Shown here piece after piece: positions 9,477 to 19,002 of a DNA stretch of 64,000 nt. The notes below the pieces were generated by a model. That model saw nothing but the letters and a program-made list of their open reading frames with translations. It was not told where the DNA came from and did no database searches. The stretch comes from a virus (Duplodnaviria; Caudoviricetes). Where the stretch lies: positions 28,207-92,206 of IMG/VR virus record IMGVR_UViG_3300013308_000020; one strand, written 5' to 3'. Each line of letters begins with the position of its first letter. Within the stretch, counting starts at the first letter, position 1. A program made the translations under genes and the position numbers.

Positions 9477-9805
9477 CAAAGAGCGAAAAAGCTTTCTTAG
9501 AAAGATATACAAATGCCGCAGGTGAGGTTACTACTACAGATATAGCAATAGGAATATTGACTAGAGAAGTTATGAAGTTAGCTATAAAAAAGGAAGAGAA
9601 GGTTGAGTTAGGTGAACCTGAAGCTTATGATATTACTAAGAAAATATCTATGAATGAGGATAATCTTATGGCTTCTATTAAAGTTTTAGAAGAAGCTATT
9701 AGAAAGAGTAGAAGAAATTGTAATTCTTTTGAACAATGGGATGAAGAAGTATATGAATCTTTTAGAGAATTTAAGAACTCTATTTATCGTATAAAAGATA
9801 AATAA
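9473..9805 (+). CDS. hypothetical protein (110 aa)
   Basis: ATGA-coupled ORF. Confidence 0.7.
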   Translation: MTKSEKAFLERYTNAAGEVTTTDIAIGILTREVMKLAIKKEEKVELGEPEAYDITKKISMNEDNLMASIKVLEEAIRKSRRNCNSFEQWDEEVYESFREFKNSIYRIKDK

Positions 9806-9806
9806 T

Positions 9807-10448
9807 ATGGAACTACTTCACGAGAAAGATGGGAAGTTAATACAGTCAGACGAAGAGTTATATGTAGCCTTTTGGTTAGCAGAGTTAAAAGAAGCAGGTT
9901 ATGTAAAAGAATATCAATTACAGCCTGCTCCTTTTAGACTTTCAGAAGATATAATGTTCAGTTGGACAAAGGATACTTCTACTAAGACTATTAAGAATAG
10001 GAGTGAACAGAAGTATTCATGTATGTTAGAAGGAAAGATATATACTCCTGATGTACGTGTAGTATGGAATGAAAGTGCTAGGAATATCTTCTATACTATT
10101 AATATACCTCAATCTAATAAATGTAAGCTCCTTATAGCTCATCATAAGTTTAATGCAATATTTGAAGAAGTGGAAGCTGTTTCATATATTGAAGTTAAAC
10201 CTCATTTTGATCAGAATAATATGGAACGAGAGTTTAAGATTAATCAGAAGTGGGTATATCAAGCACATAATACTTTTGTAAATCTAGTAGTTCCTAATAA
10301 ATTCTTTCCTTATAATTTTACACCTCAACAATGTATTGATACTATGGTTTACGTTAAGCAAACTACAACCAAGAAAAGAGGTATTAAATATAAAGGAGAT
10401 AGTAAGATTACTTGGACTGTTAAAACATTAAAAGAATACACTAAATGA
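9807..10448 (+). CDS. PD-(D/E)XK endonuclease (possible resolvase-like)
   Basis: SDEE, YTPDVRV and YIEVKP motifs. Confidence 0.75.
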   Translation: MELLHEKDGKLIQSDEELYVAFWLAELKEAGYVKEYQLQPAPFRLSEDIMFSWTKDTSTKTIKNRSEQKYSCMLEGKIYTPDVRVVWNESARNIFYTINIPQSNKCKLLIAHHKFNAIFEEVEAVSYIEVKPHFDQNNMEREFKINQKWVYQAHNTFVNLVVPNKFFPYNFTPQQCIDTMVYVKQTTTKKRGIKYKGDSKITWTVKTLKEYTK

Positions 10449-10603
10449 GTAAAGAAGAAATATTAGTAGAGTTCTATAATAGCTTAATTGATACTGATAC
10501 TGTATTTACAGGAGAAGAAGTTATTCAAGCTCTTACTAAGTTTTTAAATAAACATGAATTAAAAGACTTTCTTAAATTCCTTAAAGAAGAACATGGCTTA
10601 TGA
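10445..10603 (+). CDS. hypothetical protein (52 aa; not in ORF track)
   Basis: MSKEEILVEFYNSLIDTD...KEEHGL*; ATGA overlaps at both ends. Confidence 0.65.
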   Translation: MSKEEILVEFYNSLIDTDTVFTGEEVIQALTKFLNKHELKDFLKFLKEEHGL

Positions 10604-11826
10604 AATTAGAGACACTTTATAAAAGAGATAAGACAGGTAAGAAAATCCTATCTTATGAAGTAGAGATAGGATTAGTACATGCTAGTGGATTTTTTGCACA
10701 AGATACTGCAATAATCACTAAAACTACTGGTTTTCTTAATGGTAAGAAACAAATACATACTGATACGATTATTGCTGGTAAACAAAATCGTACTCCACAT
10801 CAACAAGCTATTAATGAAGCTGAATCATCTTGGAGAAGTAAGAAAGATGAAGGTTATAAGACTTTAGAAGATGCTGAGTGTAAAGTAGGATTATTACATG
10901 AGCATACAACTGATACCTTAGAACAATTTCTTATTCGTTGGCTTCCTGAAGATAGAACAGATGCTTCAGGTACATTAAAGCCTATGAAGTGTACTGCTAT
11001 GCAAGATGGTAAATCAGATAAACTTCTTCCTAATGTATTAAGAAAGATTCAATATCCGGCTCATGTTCAAACTAAGCTTGATGGTGTTCGTTGCTTTGCT
11101 ACTAATCATAAAGATGGTGGTTTTAGATTTACTTCTAGTTCAGGTACTTCTTATGATATTGTCTGTAGATTTATAAAAGAGGAACTTGATAATGTAGGTT
11201 TACCAATAGGAACTATTCTTGATGGTGAGTTATATATTCATGGTACACCTCTACAAAAGATTAGTGGATGGTGTAGAAAACAATCTCCAATAGATGCTCA
11301 TAAAACAATAGAATTTCATATATTTGATTTACCTAACAAAGATATTTGGGATGATAGGAAACAACAACTGGAAAGAATTATTACAAGTTTTGACCACGAT
11401 AACAAGCGTCTTAGATATGTTCCTGTTTATCGAGTTGATTCTCTTGATGAAATACAAGACCTCCATGATGAATTTGTTGAAGCTGGATATGAAGGTGTTA
11501 TTGTTCGTAATCTTAACGGTAGATATTCTTATGGGATACGTAGTACTGAAATTTTTAAGCTAAAAGCTTTTCAAGATGATGAATTCGTAATTACTGGTGC
11601 TAATGAAGGTAAGCGTGGTGCTGCTGATATGGTATTTGAATTACGTACTATGAAAGGACAATTCTTTGAAGCTAAACCTCTAGGTACTTTTGAGAAGAAG
11701 GAAGAGTATATGGAGAACTTAGATGAACTGGTAGGTAAAATGGCTACAGTTCGTTTTTTAAATTATAGTGAAACTGGAGTACCTGTTGGAAATCCTGTAC
11801 TTAAAGCAATTAGAGATTATGAATAA
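10600..11826 (+). CDS. lig: ATP-dependent DNA ligase
   Basis: Motif I QTKLDGVR, motif III ILDGELY, FHIFD, motif IV EGVIVR, motif V KLK, C-terminal OB domain ending IRDYE. Confidence 0.95.
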   Translation: MKLETLYKRDKTGKKILSYEVEIGLVHASGFFAQDTAIITKTTGFLNGKKQIHTDTIIAGKQNRTPHQQAINEAESSWRSKKDEGYKTLEDAECKVGLLHEHTTDTLEQFLIRWLPEDRTDASGTLKPMKCTAMQDGKSDKLLPNVLRKIQYPAHVQTKLDGVRCFATNHKDGGFRFTSSSGTSYDIVCRFIKEELDNVGLPIGTILDGELYIHGTPLQKISGWCRKQSPIDAHKTIEFHIFDLPNKDIWDDRKQQLERIITSFDHDNKRLRYVPVYRVDSLDEIQDLHDEFVEAGYEGVIVRNLNGRYSYGIRSTEIFKLKAFQDDEFVITGANEGKRGAADMVFELRTMKGQFFEAKPLGTFEKKEEYMENLDELVGKMATVRFLNYSETGVPVGNPVLKAIRDYE

Positions 11827-12091
11827 GACAGAAATTATACCTCAAGCAACAATGGTGGAATCTAATCACGGGGGGATAGAAATATCCCTTACGTATTCTA
11901 ATGATAGTCTTTATTGGAGACGTAATTGGGGAGATGATTCTATTAGTGAATGGAAGGAAGCTGAGATAGAATATTCCGATATAGATAATGATGGAGAATC
12001 ATTTGAAGATGGAGAATCTCAACCTTACTTTAGATTAGATGATGGTGGATGGAAATATTTCTTAAATCAATTTATGAGAATACAACTATGA
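11819..12091 (+). CDS. hypothetical acidic protein (~90 aa)
   Basis: Likely start ATG 11819 overlapping the ligase stop; ATGA overlap with next gene. Confidence 0.65.
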   Translation: MNKTEIIPQATMVESNHGGIEISLTYSNDSLYWRRNWGDDSISEWKEAEIEYSDIDNDGESFEDGESQPYFRLDDGGWKYFLNQFMRIQL

Positions 12092-13095
12092 CGGACAAAG
12101 AATATTTTGCTTTCGATGCTATTAGCCAATCTTCTATTAAAGATTTTATAGAGAATAGAAAATCTTATGAGTATAATCATGTACTCAAAATAGGAGAGAA
12201 TAAACATACTAAAGCTATGGACTTAGGTTCATTAAATCATTGTCTATTATTTGAACCGCAAGAGTTTCATAATAGATATGCTCACTTTAGTGGTGCAGTT
12301 CCTAGCAGTGCTAATCAGAAGAAATTCGTAGAATTAATTAATGCAGAAACAACCAATCTTACTGTAGAAGATGCTTATGCAAATTCTTATAGTACTAAGG
12401 GTTTAAAACCTGCTGATATTTCTAAGAAAGCTTTTGATTTATTACAAGAGTTAACTCCTTATTCCATGTTTATGAAACATAATGGTCATAAGGAAATGAT
12501 TACTCCTGAATTAGAAATACAATCTCGTAGAATGGTAGAGATTGTGTTGAATCATAGCGGAGTAGTTAAGACTTTAGTTTCAGGTAGAGCTAATCCAAAC
12601 TTTAAGATTTATAAAGAGCATTCAATTGTTCTAGAAGATCAAAGATTTGGTAGAATGATTAAGTGTAAGGTAGATGAAATGCACGTAGATGTAAAGAATC
12701 ATATCATTTATGCTTATGATTACAAAACTACTCGTTCTCAAAATACCAATTCATTTAAAGGTTCTGTTAGATATTATGGTTATGATATTCAGGAATCTTT
12801 CTATGCTACTTATATTAAGCAATGGGCTAAAGTTGAATTCGGTACTGACTTTAAAGTAGTATTTAGATTTATTCCTCAATTGAATATTGCTCCTTATAAT
12901 GTGCTTGATGTAATTGAATTCGATGAAGATGATAGAGAACAAGCATATCTACGTTGGAGTGAAGCTTTTGAACAACTTTCTGAATGTTTAAGTACTGGTC
13001 GTTTTGATAATCCTTCTGCATATTCTGATAGTGGTGTTAATGTAATGAAATTGAATAATACTGAAACTTATCTTATTAACACTGATTCTTTTTAA
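12088..13095 (+). CDS. RecE/exonuclease VIII-like PD-(D/E)XK exonuclease
   Basis: ISQSSIK, GSLNHCLLFEP, KCKVD, DYKTT, YGYDIQESFY; likely start ATG 12088. Confidence 0.85.
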   Translation: MTDKEYFAFDAISQSSIKDFIENRKSYEYNHVLKIGENKHTKAMDLGSLNHCLLFEPQEFHNRYAHFSGAVPSSANQKKFVELINAETTNLTVEDAYANSYSTKGLKPADISKKAFDLLQELTPYSMFMKHNGHKEMITPELEIQSRRMVEIVLNHSGVVKTLVSGRANPNFKIYKEHSIVLEDQRFGRMIKCKVDEMHVDVKNHIIYAYDYKTTRSQNTNSFKGSVRYYGYDIQESFYATYIKQWAKVEFGTDFKVVFRFIPQLNIAPYNVLDVIEFDEDDREQAYLRWSEAFEQLSECLSTGRFDNPSAYSDSGVNVMKLNNTETYLINTDSF

Positions 13096-13096
13096 T

Positions 13097-13300
13097 ATGA
13101 GAGAAGAATATGTAATCATAGAACCTTTTAGTGGTAGATATTATTCAGGTACTACAGAAGGAATGGCTAGACTGGATGTAGCAGGTACTATTACTTATGT
13201 TCCATTTAAAACTTACGAAGATGCTGAAGCTACTCTTAAAACATTAAGAGTAGCTCCTTATACAAGACTTAAAATAGAAAAGCATTATGTCTCAGTCTAA
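13097..13300 (+). CDS. hypothetical protein (67 aa)
   Basis: ORF in operon. Confidence 0.6.
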   Translation: MREEYVIIEPFSGRYYSGTTEGMARLDVAGTITYVPFKTYEDAEATLKTLRVAPYTRLKIEKHYVSV

Positions 13301-13418
13301 GAAGTATTGTATATCGTGTGATACTGATATTCCTTGTAAATGGTTAACTTGTCCTAATAGAAATGGCGATAAACACAATAACGGGAAAGAAACCTCCAAA
13401 GGTAACTCCGGCAAGTAA
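13287..13418 (+). CDS. small Cys-rich protein (43 aa; not in ORF track)
   Basis: MSQSKKYCISCNTDIPCKWLTCPNRNG...; fills the gap between neighbours. Confidence 0.45.
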   Translation: MSQSKKYCISCDTDIPCKWLTCPNRNGDKHNNGKETSKGNSGK

Positions 13419-13812
13419 AGTAGGTTCTCGTACTAAGGATGAAGTTATTTATGTAGAAAGACCTGCTACTCAACAAAAGAGTTCTATTAATTTAGAACAA
13501 GAAAGAGAAGAAGAATTAGTTAGAGAAGTAGTTAATATAGTTCACAAAGAAGAAGTAGTTGAACAAAATAAAAAACTTAATCGGATAACTAAGAATAATG
13601 TAAAGTTTGAATCCGTTCTACAAGTTCATAGAGTGGACTTATATCCTTTTGATGGTAAAACTAGAGAGAGATATATTCCTCAAAGCAAATTAGTATTCGA
13701 GACAGATGATGAATATTATAATTGGGCTATGAAAGGAGGATTTGATAAAGACTTGAATGATGATTACGATTATGTAGTTTTCAGGAGAATTCTTACTAAA
13801 AAAGAAGTATGA
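13363..13812 (+). CDS. hypothetical protein (149 aa)
   Basis: ORF in operon. Confidence 0.7.
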   Translation: MAINTITGKKPPKVTPASKVGSRTKDEVIYVERPATQQKSSINLEQEREEELVREVVNIVHKEEVVEQNKKLNRITKNNVKFESVLQVHRVDLYPFDGKTRERYIPQSKLVFETDDEYYNWAMKGGFDKDLNDDYDYVVFRRILTKKEV

Positions 13813-14048
13813 AATATTACGCTTATATTCCTAGAGAAGATGGTAGTGAACCTATGGGTACAGCTAATAGATGTTTGTTTGAATGTAAAGCGGATAGCTA
13901 TGCAAGAGGAATGGCATTTAGAAGATTAGGTGGACACTACCATTTTGTTCTAATACGTTATACAAATTTGTATGATGATTTTACACACGTAGTTTTAATG
14001 GGGAAACATTTAATAGATGGAAGTACTAACCAAGAAACAATTAATTAA
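13809..14048 (+). CDS. hypothetical protein (79 aa)
   Basis: ATGA-coupled ORF. Confidence 0.65.
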   Translation: MKYYAYIPREDGSEPMGTANRCLFECKADSYARGMAFRRLGGHYHFVLIRYTNLYDDFTHVVLMGKHLIDGSTNQETIN

Positions 14049-14304
14049 GGATGTTCCTAATAGATGGAAACAGCAATATCCTAATGGTAAAGAAGGAAAG
14101 TATGAAGCTCTAATAGCAGCTAAACCTTTAAGCAAGAAGAAGGTAGATGCTATTATAGGTAATGATAGTTGGACTACTCTTACTTGTGATCAATGCAATA
14201 AAGATGTACCATTAGTTGTTTTACTAGATAGTAGTGAATATTCTAATAGTATATGTGAACAATGTTTAAATAAAGCTTTAGATTTAATTAACGAACCAAA
14301 ATAA
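14017..14304 (+). CDS. hypothetical zinc-finger protein (95 aa)
   Basis: CDQC...CEQC. Confidence 0.7.
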   Translation: MEVLTKKQLIKDVPNRWKQQYPNGKEGKYEALIAAKPLSKKKVDAIIGNDSWTTLTCDQCNKDVPLVVLLDSSEYSNSICEQCLNKALDLINEPK

Positions 14305-15002
14305 TGCAAAGAGAAAAACTAAATATTGATTGGGGATATAATATCCAACAAGTAATAGATAAAGCTATTGAACAAGCTACTCTTAATGATACTGAAGTTG
14401 AAACTGATTTCAACGGAGTCAATGTAGTAGTTAATAGTTCTACTGATAAAGTAGCATTAGTAAGAGACTTTATGAATGCTCACTTAATGAAATGGGAAGA
14501 GATTGGTCCTAATCCTCCTGTAGAATATAGTAAAGATGTTGCTGCTCAAATTGCTTTAGCTAAGTTTGCTGCTGAAGAAGAGACTAAAGCAAGACAAGCT
14601 GAATATGATCGTCGGATGGAAGAAAAACAAGCTGACTTTGATAAAGAAGTTGAAGGTATTGAAATGGAAATTTCAGATAATGAATTTTGGGTTACTTATC
14701 TAACTAAGAATGTTGATTCTTATGGAAATACTATATGTGTTTATGCTGAAAACTGGGCTAAACTAATGCAGAAGAAAATGTCAGAAGGTACAGAACTTAA
14801 AGACATTGCAGGTGCTTGTTCTCATTTAGCAGATACAGAAGGTATTACTGGCTTTATGTATGGTGCTGCTGTTCATATGCTTTCTAAATGTTGGAAGTAT
14901 GGAGAAGAACTTCGCAAATGGCATAATAAAGAATATAACCATGAAGGCGAAGGTGTAGTTAATCCGGCTGTAATTACTATTTCTTCTAACGATAATGACT
15001 GA
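14304..15002 (+). CDS. phage hypothetical protein (232 aa)
   Basis: TAATG coupling; C-terminal GITGFMYGAAV..L..CWKYGEELRKWHN segment looks like a conserved phage hypothetical family. Confidence 0.75.
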   Translation: MQREKLNIDWGYNIQQVIDKAIEQATLNDTEVETDFNGVNVVVNSSTDKVALVRDFMNAHLMKWEEIGPNPPVEYSKDVAAQIALAKFAAEEETKARQAEYDRRMEEKQADFDKEVEGIEMEISDNEFWVTYLTKNVDSYGNTICVYAENWAKLMQKKMSEGTELKDIAGACSHLADTEGITGFMYGAAVHMLSKCWKYGEELRKWHNKEYNHEGEGVVNPAVITISSNDND

Positions 15003-15324
15003 GGAAAGAATCATTGAGATTGCTAAGAAACATACTCTTAGCAATCTCTATGTTACCCAAGCTATCATAAATGCTATAAGAGAAGCTCTTGCAGAAGAAA
15101 ATGGTAACACAACTGCTCCTTGGTCTACTGATGATTTCATGCATTATTGTGAAAGAAAAACGGGTGCAAATAATTATTTTGAATTAACTCCTGAAGAAGC
15201 TGAAGATTGTATGCAAATACTAAAGACAGAATCTGATACTAAAAAGGTTAATTGGGATGATATAGGAAAAATTATAAAAGGCTATAAAGATGCTAAGGGT
15301 AAACGAACTCAAGGAGAAGCTTAA
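14995..15324 (+). CDS. hypothetical protein (109 aa)
   Basis: Overlapping ORF in operon. Confidence 0.65.
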   Translation: MTEERIIEIAKKHTLSNLYVTQAIINAIREALAEENGNTTAPWSTDDFMHYCERKTGANNYFELTPEEAEDCMQILKTESDTKKVNWDDIGKIIKGYKDAKGKRTQGEA

Positions 15325-16348
15325 TTATACTGATGATAAAGGTAATCAATTAAAGTTCGATGGTAAGAATCTTAAAATATTATCAGAAGGTACAACTAGA
15401 GACATTGGATGGCTCGAAATGGTTGACGGTAAAGGTCTTACTTATAGAAAAAAAGAACGTGAGCAAGACCGCTATCGTAAAACTGATGCATGGAGTATTC
15501 CTGCCGTAATTCTAGAGGAAGTTACACATATTCAGTATCAGAGTGATGCTAGAGCATATGAAATAGCTGTTAATATAGCTTTTTTGTATGGAAAGAAAAT
15601 TAAATCTAAACCTAATCTTGAAGAGAAAGTTTATGTTCCTGTAGATAAATGGACTATCTTTAAGAGTATGGATGCTAAAGAGCAAGCTCGTATAGAGATG
15701 TTTGGTATTGAATGGTATAATAAACTTCATAAATTTATATGGAGTGATACTATGACTGACCTTTCTATATTTCTAGCTGAAAGAATGAAGGTAAATAAAG
15801 TATATCCTGAATTTAAACATCTATTTAAAGCATTTGCTACTACTCCTTTATCTAAGGTAAGGGTTGTATTCATAGGTAATGAACCAATACAAGAAGAGAT
15901 TTGTAATGGTATTGCCTATTATGTTGGATTACCTTTCTATGATTCTATTGAGATAAAGAATATTCAAGATGAATTAGAAAGAGAAGGAGATGATTATATG
16001 ATCAACTTTAATCCTAAGCATGTATTTGATTCTACTACTTGGGCAGAGCAAGGTTGTCTAATGATTAATCAATGTCTATCTGTAGAGAAAGGTCATCTTA
16101 TGACTCATGAAGGTAGAGGATGGGAAGAGCTAATTACTAATGTAGTTTGTGAATTAAATAAACAAGAACGTCCTATTTGCTTTGTGCTTATGGGAACTCG
16201 TGCTTATGGATTTGATCAATATATAGATAGTAATTATCATACTGTAATTAGAACAGATGTAACTTCTTCTAAGTTTATTGGTAGCAATTTATTTTGGGAA
16301 GTTGATGGCTTTATGAATAATAATTATAATACTAAAATTAATTGGTAA
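15290..16348 (+). CDS. Family-1 uracil-DNA glycosylase-fold protein with degenerate active site and extra N-terminal domain
   Basis: Colinear with UNG: VYP..LFKAF..TPLSKVRVVFIGNEPI, NGIAY, WAEQGCLMIN, HEGRGWE, FVLMG, final INW. GQDPY and HPSPLS motifs are altered. Confidence 0.85.
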   Translation: MLRVNELKEKLNYTDDKGNQLKFDGKNLKILSEGTTRDIGWLEMVDGKGLTYRKKEREQDRYRKTDAWSIPAVILEEVTHIQYQSDARAYEIAVNIAFLYGKKIKSKPNLEEKVYVPVDKWTIFKSMDAKEQARIEMFGIEWYNKLHKFIWSDTMTDLSIFLAERMKVNKVYPEFKHLFKAFATTPLSKVRVVFIGNEPIQEEICNGIAYYVGLPFYDSIEIKNIQDELEREGDDYMINFNPKHVFDSTTWAEQGCLMINQCLSVEKGHLMTHEGRGWEELITNVVCELNKQERPICFVLMGTRAYGFDQYIDSNYHTVIRTDVTSSKFIGSNLFWEVDGFMNNNYNTKINW

Positions 16349-16518
16349 TGGATAAGGTAATAGTATTTCTAATCTATCTATATGTTATAGTAGCAGGATT
16401 AATGGCATTAGTATTTAACTATCAATATGCTAGAGAACATGGCTTTATTTCATGGTTATTTTTTGGAGAGATAGTAGCTACGGTTAAAGCTATATTTTGG
16501 ATATTCTTTATATGGTAG
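16348..16518 (+). CDS. small two-TM membrane protein (56 aa; not in ORF track)
   Basis: MDKVIVFLIYLYVIVAGLMALVFNYQYAREHGFISWLFFGEIVATVKAIFWIFFIW*; TAATG coupling. Confidence 0.7.
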   Translation: MDKVIVFLIYLYVIVAGLMALVFNYQYAREHGFISWLFFGEIVATVKAIFWIFFIW

Positions 16519-16548
16519 TAAAAATATTTTGCTAATTAAGTCAAAAGA

Positions 16549-16580
16549 TTTGCAAATGTCGTTTCTAGTATGTATCTTTG
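16549..16580 (+). promoter_or_regulatory. Bacteroidota primary sigma promoter (-33/-7)
   Basis: TTTG (16549-16552), 20 nt, TATCTTTG (16573-16580): exact TTTG-N19-21-TAnnTTTG consensus in the largest intergenic region. Confidence 0.8.
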
Positions 16581-16589
16581 GTACATAAT

Positions 16590-16765
16590 GATTGAGTTGC
16601 GGCAATTGTTAGAGATTTGATAATGATACTTGTGAGAGAGTAGGTCATAAAGATAGTGCTGATAGTTATGGAGATACTGTCAACCTTTCAGTTCAAGCCC
16701 CTGATGTAGCCGCAACCTATATCGGGGGTTTACTGTTTTCGACCTATACTGAAATATGAGTAACT
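16590..16765 (+). ncRNA. putative structured RNA / attenuating leader
   Basis: Nested complementary segments: 16627-33/16756-62, 16641-46/16741-46, 16650-57/16732-39, 16660-66/16676-82, 16695-709/16717-31, plus GTTGCGGC 16596-603 complementary to GCCGCAAC 16709-16. Confidence 0.5.
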
Positions 16766-16882
16766 TGCACTTTAAATCAGTGCTTGGAACAAGCAATTAG
16801 TCTATGATGAAAAACGTAAGTAGACAACAGTAATAAAGAGTACAGGACGACACTGTTTGGTCGGGGAATAAGTAAGGGAGGG

Positions 16883-17323
16883 ATGGTACTATGTTTAACC
16901 CAAAACGTCATGTTAAAACTGTTAGAGTTACTAAGGACTATATACTTAGATAAATTCAACTTTAAATCAAAAGAGTATAAAGAAGGCTTTCTAAAAGCAA
17001 TACAAGTAGTTGAGTTTCATGGATTCAAGGCAGAAGCAATACATGAAACAAAGACGTTAAGAGAGAGAATAGAACAGGCAACGATAGAGTTAGAATTCTT
17101 GAAGTCTCAACTTCAGCTAGAAAAAGAAAAGATTGTTGCGCTCAAGCATAGACTAGATCAACAACGTAGTGTAATAAATACTCTTACTGATACTGATACT
17201 AAAAGAAGCATTAAACGTTTAAGATATATAGCGAATATTCTTCTTAGTCATACTAAGGATTCACATGAGAAAGTTGGTGAATGTATAGCTTATATCCAAT
17301 CAATTAAAGAAAATAAGAACTAA
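16883..17323 (+). CDS. hypothetical coiled-coil protein
   Basis: Heptad-rich central region; TAATG coupling downstream; start may be ATG 16910. Confidence 0.65.
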   Translation: MVLCLTQNVMLKLLELLRTIYLDKFNFKSKEYKEGFLKAIQVVEFHGFKAEAIHETKTLRERIEQATIELEFLKSQLQLEKEKIVALKHRLDQQRSVINTLTDTDTKRSIKRLRYIANILLSHTKDSHEKVGECIAYIQSIKENKN

Positions 17324-17733
17324 TGGCATTAATCGGTAAAGTAGCTCCTAAAGGTAATCAAAAATCATATATTCCTGAACCTGAACCACAACCTATGTGT
17401 GGTTCTTCTTATGATGATCCTCGTCAACCTAGTGCTATAGATATAGCAATGGAGAAACTTCATCATATGGGTGAAAGAATTCAGCGTATTAACGATTCAC
17501 ATAATATTAATAATCGTCAGATTGAAGAGGTTCTTAAAAGTTTTATAGGAGATATGCCAGATATGACTGATCTTAATGATGCTCTTAATGATAATAGATT
17601 AGATGTGAAGATAGTTACTAAAGGTGATGCTTTAGATAACTTTATTAATAGAATCTATGAATCTATGACTGATGCAGAAGAATTGAATTATAAAACAAAT
17701 CAATTAATTTCAACCCTCAAAAGAATAATATAA
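17323..17733 (+). CDS. hypothetical protein (136 aa)
   Basis: TAATG-coupled at both ends. Confidence 0.7.
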   Translation: MALIGKVAPKGNQKSYIPEPEPQPMCGSSYDDPRQPSAIDIAMEKLHHMGERIQRINDSHNINNRQIEEVLKSFIGDMPDMTDLNDALNDNRLDVKIVTKGDALDNFINRIYESMTDAEELNYKTNQLISTLKRII

Positions 17734-17939
17734 TGGCTAGAATTATTATTGAAGTAGAAAGTGATAGAATCGCTAATGCAATTGCATTATGGTTTGAAAC
17801 TAATGATGCTTTAGATTCATTTGCTGATTCTAGATCAGGAATGAATCTTGTAAAAGCAGGAGAAAATTGTCCAGAAGATGCTGAAGTTAACTTCGATGAA
17901 GCATCTAGAAATGTTACACACACTATAACTCTTAGCTAA
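17733..17939 (+). CDS. hypothetical protein (68 aa)
   Basis: TAATG-coupled. Confidence 0.65.
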   Translation: MARIIIEVESDRIANAIALWFETNDALDSFADSRSGMNLVKAGENCPEDAEVNFDEASRNVTHTITLS

Positions 17940-17940
17940 A

Positions 17941-19002
17941 ATGGCTCACAATATCAATATAATAAACGGAAAAGCATCTTTCATGTCAGTGAAAGAGAAA
18001 GCATGGCACGGTCTAGGTCAGATACTAGATAAACCTGCTACAGCTCAAGAAGCTATTGAAAGTGCAGGTTTAGACTTTGAAGTTGCTAAGGAACCTGTAT
18101 ATGTTCCTACACGTCAAGTAAATGTTAATGCTGCTCTTGACTTTGAGAACTGTATGAGAATAGGTTCTCCTAATAAACAACCTGGATATTTTGATATGAG
18201 AGTAGTAGAAGATAGATTTGCTACTTATCGTACTGATTCAGGTCATCCTTTTGGTGTTGTAGGTTCTCGTTATGAGATTGTACAAAACCGTGATGCTTTC
18301 TCATTCTTCGATGCAATCGTTGGTGAGGGAGAAGCTATATATGAAACTGCTGGAGCTTTGGGGAATGGAGAAGTAATCTTCATTACTGCAAAGCTTCCTT
18401 CATTTATAAGAGTTGGTGCTAATGACGATATCGAAAAGTATCTATTACTTACTAGCTCACACGATGGATCAGGTTCTATACAAGCCATGTTTACTCCTAT
18501 TAGGGTTGTTTGTAATAATACTCTTAATGCTGCACTTAGAAGCAACGCGGCAAGAGTAACTATCCGTCATACTAAATCAGTTCATGATAACTTGAAAAAG
18601 GCTCATGCTGTTCTCGGTATTACCAATAAGCTTACAGAAGAACTTACAGCTATCTATAATAATATGGCTAAGGTTCGTATTACTGATAAACAGTTGATGG
18701 ACTATATTGAAACTGTAGTTCTAGGAGATACACTAGAACGTATGTTAAACAAAGACGATAAGTTTGATCTATCTACTCGCTCTAGCAATATTATTGGCAA
18801 TATTACTAAGTATGCTTATGAGCATCCTACTCAACAATTAGAAACAACTAAAGGAACTGCATGGGGAGCATATCAAGCAATTACTGGTTACTATTCTAAT
18901 GTGAAGGATTATAAGAATGATGAAGCTAAAATGTCATCTTTGCTTATGGGTTCTACTTATGATATTATGCAGAAATCATTAGTACTTGCAACACAATTCT
19001 AA
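17941..19002 (+). CDS. DUF932 / phage-plasmid-like protein (TIGR03299-type)
   Basis: AWHGLG, YEIVQNRDAFSFFD, YETAGAL, SHDGSGS, TPIRVVCNNTL, RHT, GTAWGAYQAIT. Confidence 0.9.
   Translation: MAHNINIINGKASFMSVKEKAWHGLGQILDKPATAQEAIESAGLDFEVAKEPVYVPTRQVNVNAALDFENCMRIGSPNKQPGYFDMRVVEDRFATYRTDSGHPFGVVGSRYEIVQNRDAFSFFDAIVGEGEAIYETAGALGNGEVIFITAKLPSFIRVGANDDIEKYLLLTSSHDGSGSIQAMFTPIRVVCNNTLNAALRSNAARVTIRHTKSVHDNLKKAHAVLGITNKLTEELTAIYNNMAKVRITDKQLMDYIETVVLGDTLERMLNKDDKFDLSTRSSNIIGNITKYAYEHPTQQLETTKGTAWGAYQAITGYYSNVKDYKNDEAKMSSLLMGSTYDIMQKSLVLATQF

Noticed and set aside
1-13095. Inteins or group I introns in replication genes
   Set aside because: Helicases, primase, ligase and the PolB fragment have normal lengths and colinear motifs; no intein termini or embedded endonuclease seen.
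16519-16882. tRNA or CRISPR mini-array in the large intergenic region
   Set aside because: No tRNA cloverleaf with proper D/T arms and no regularly spaced direct repeats.
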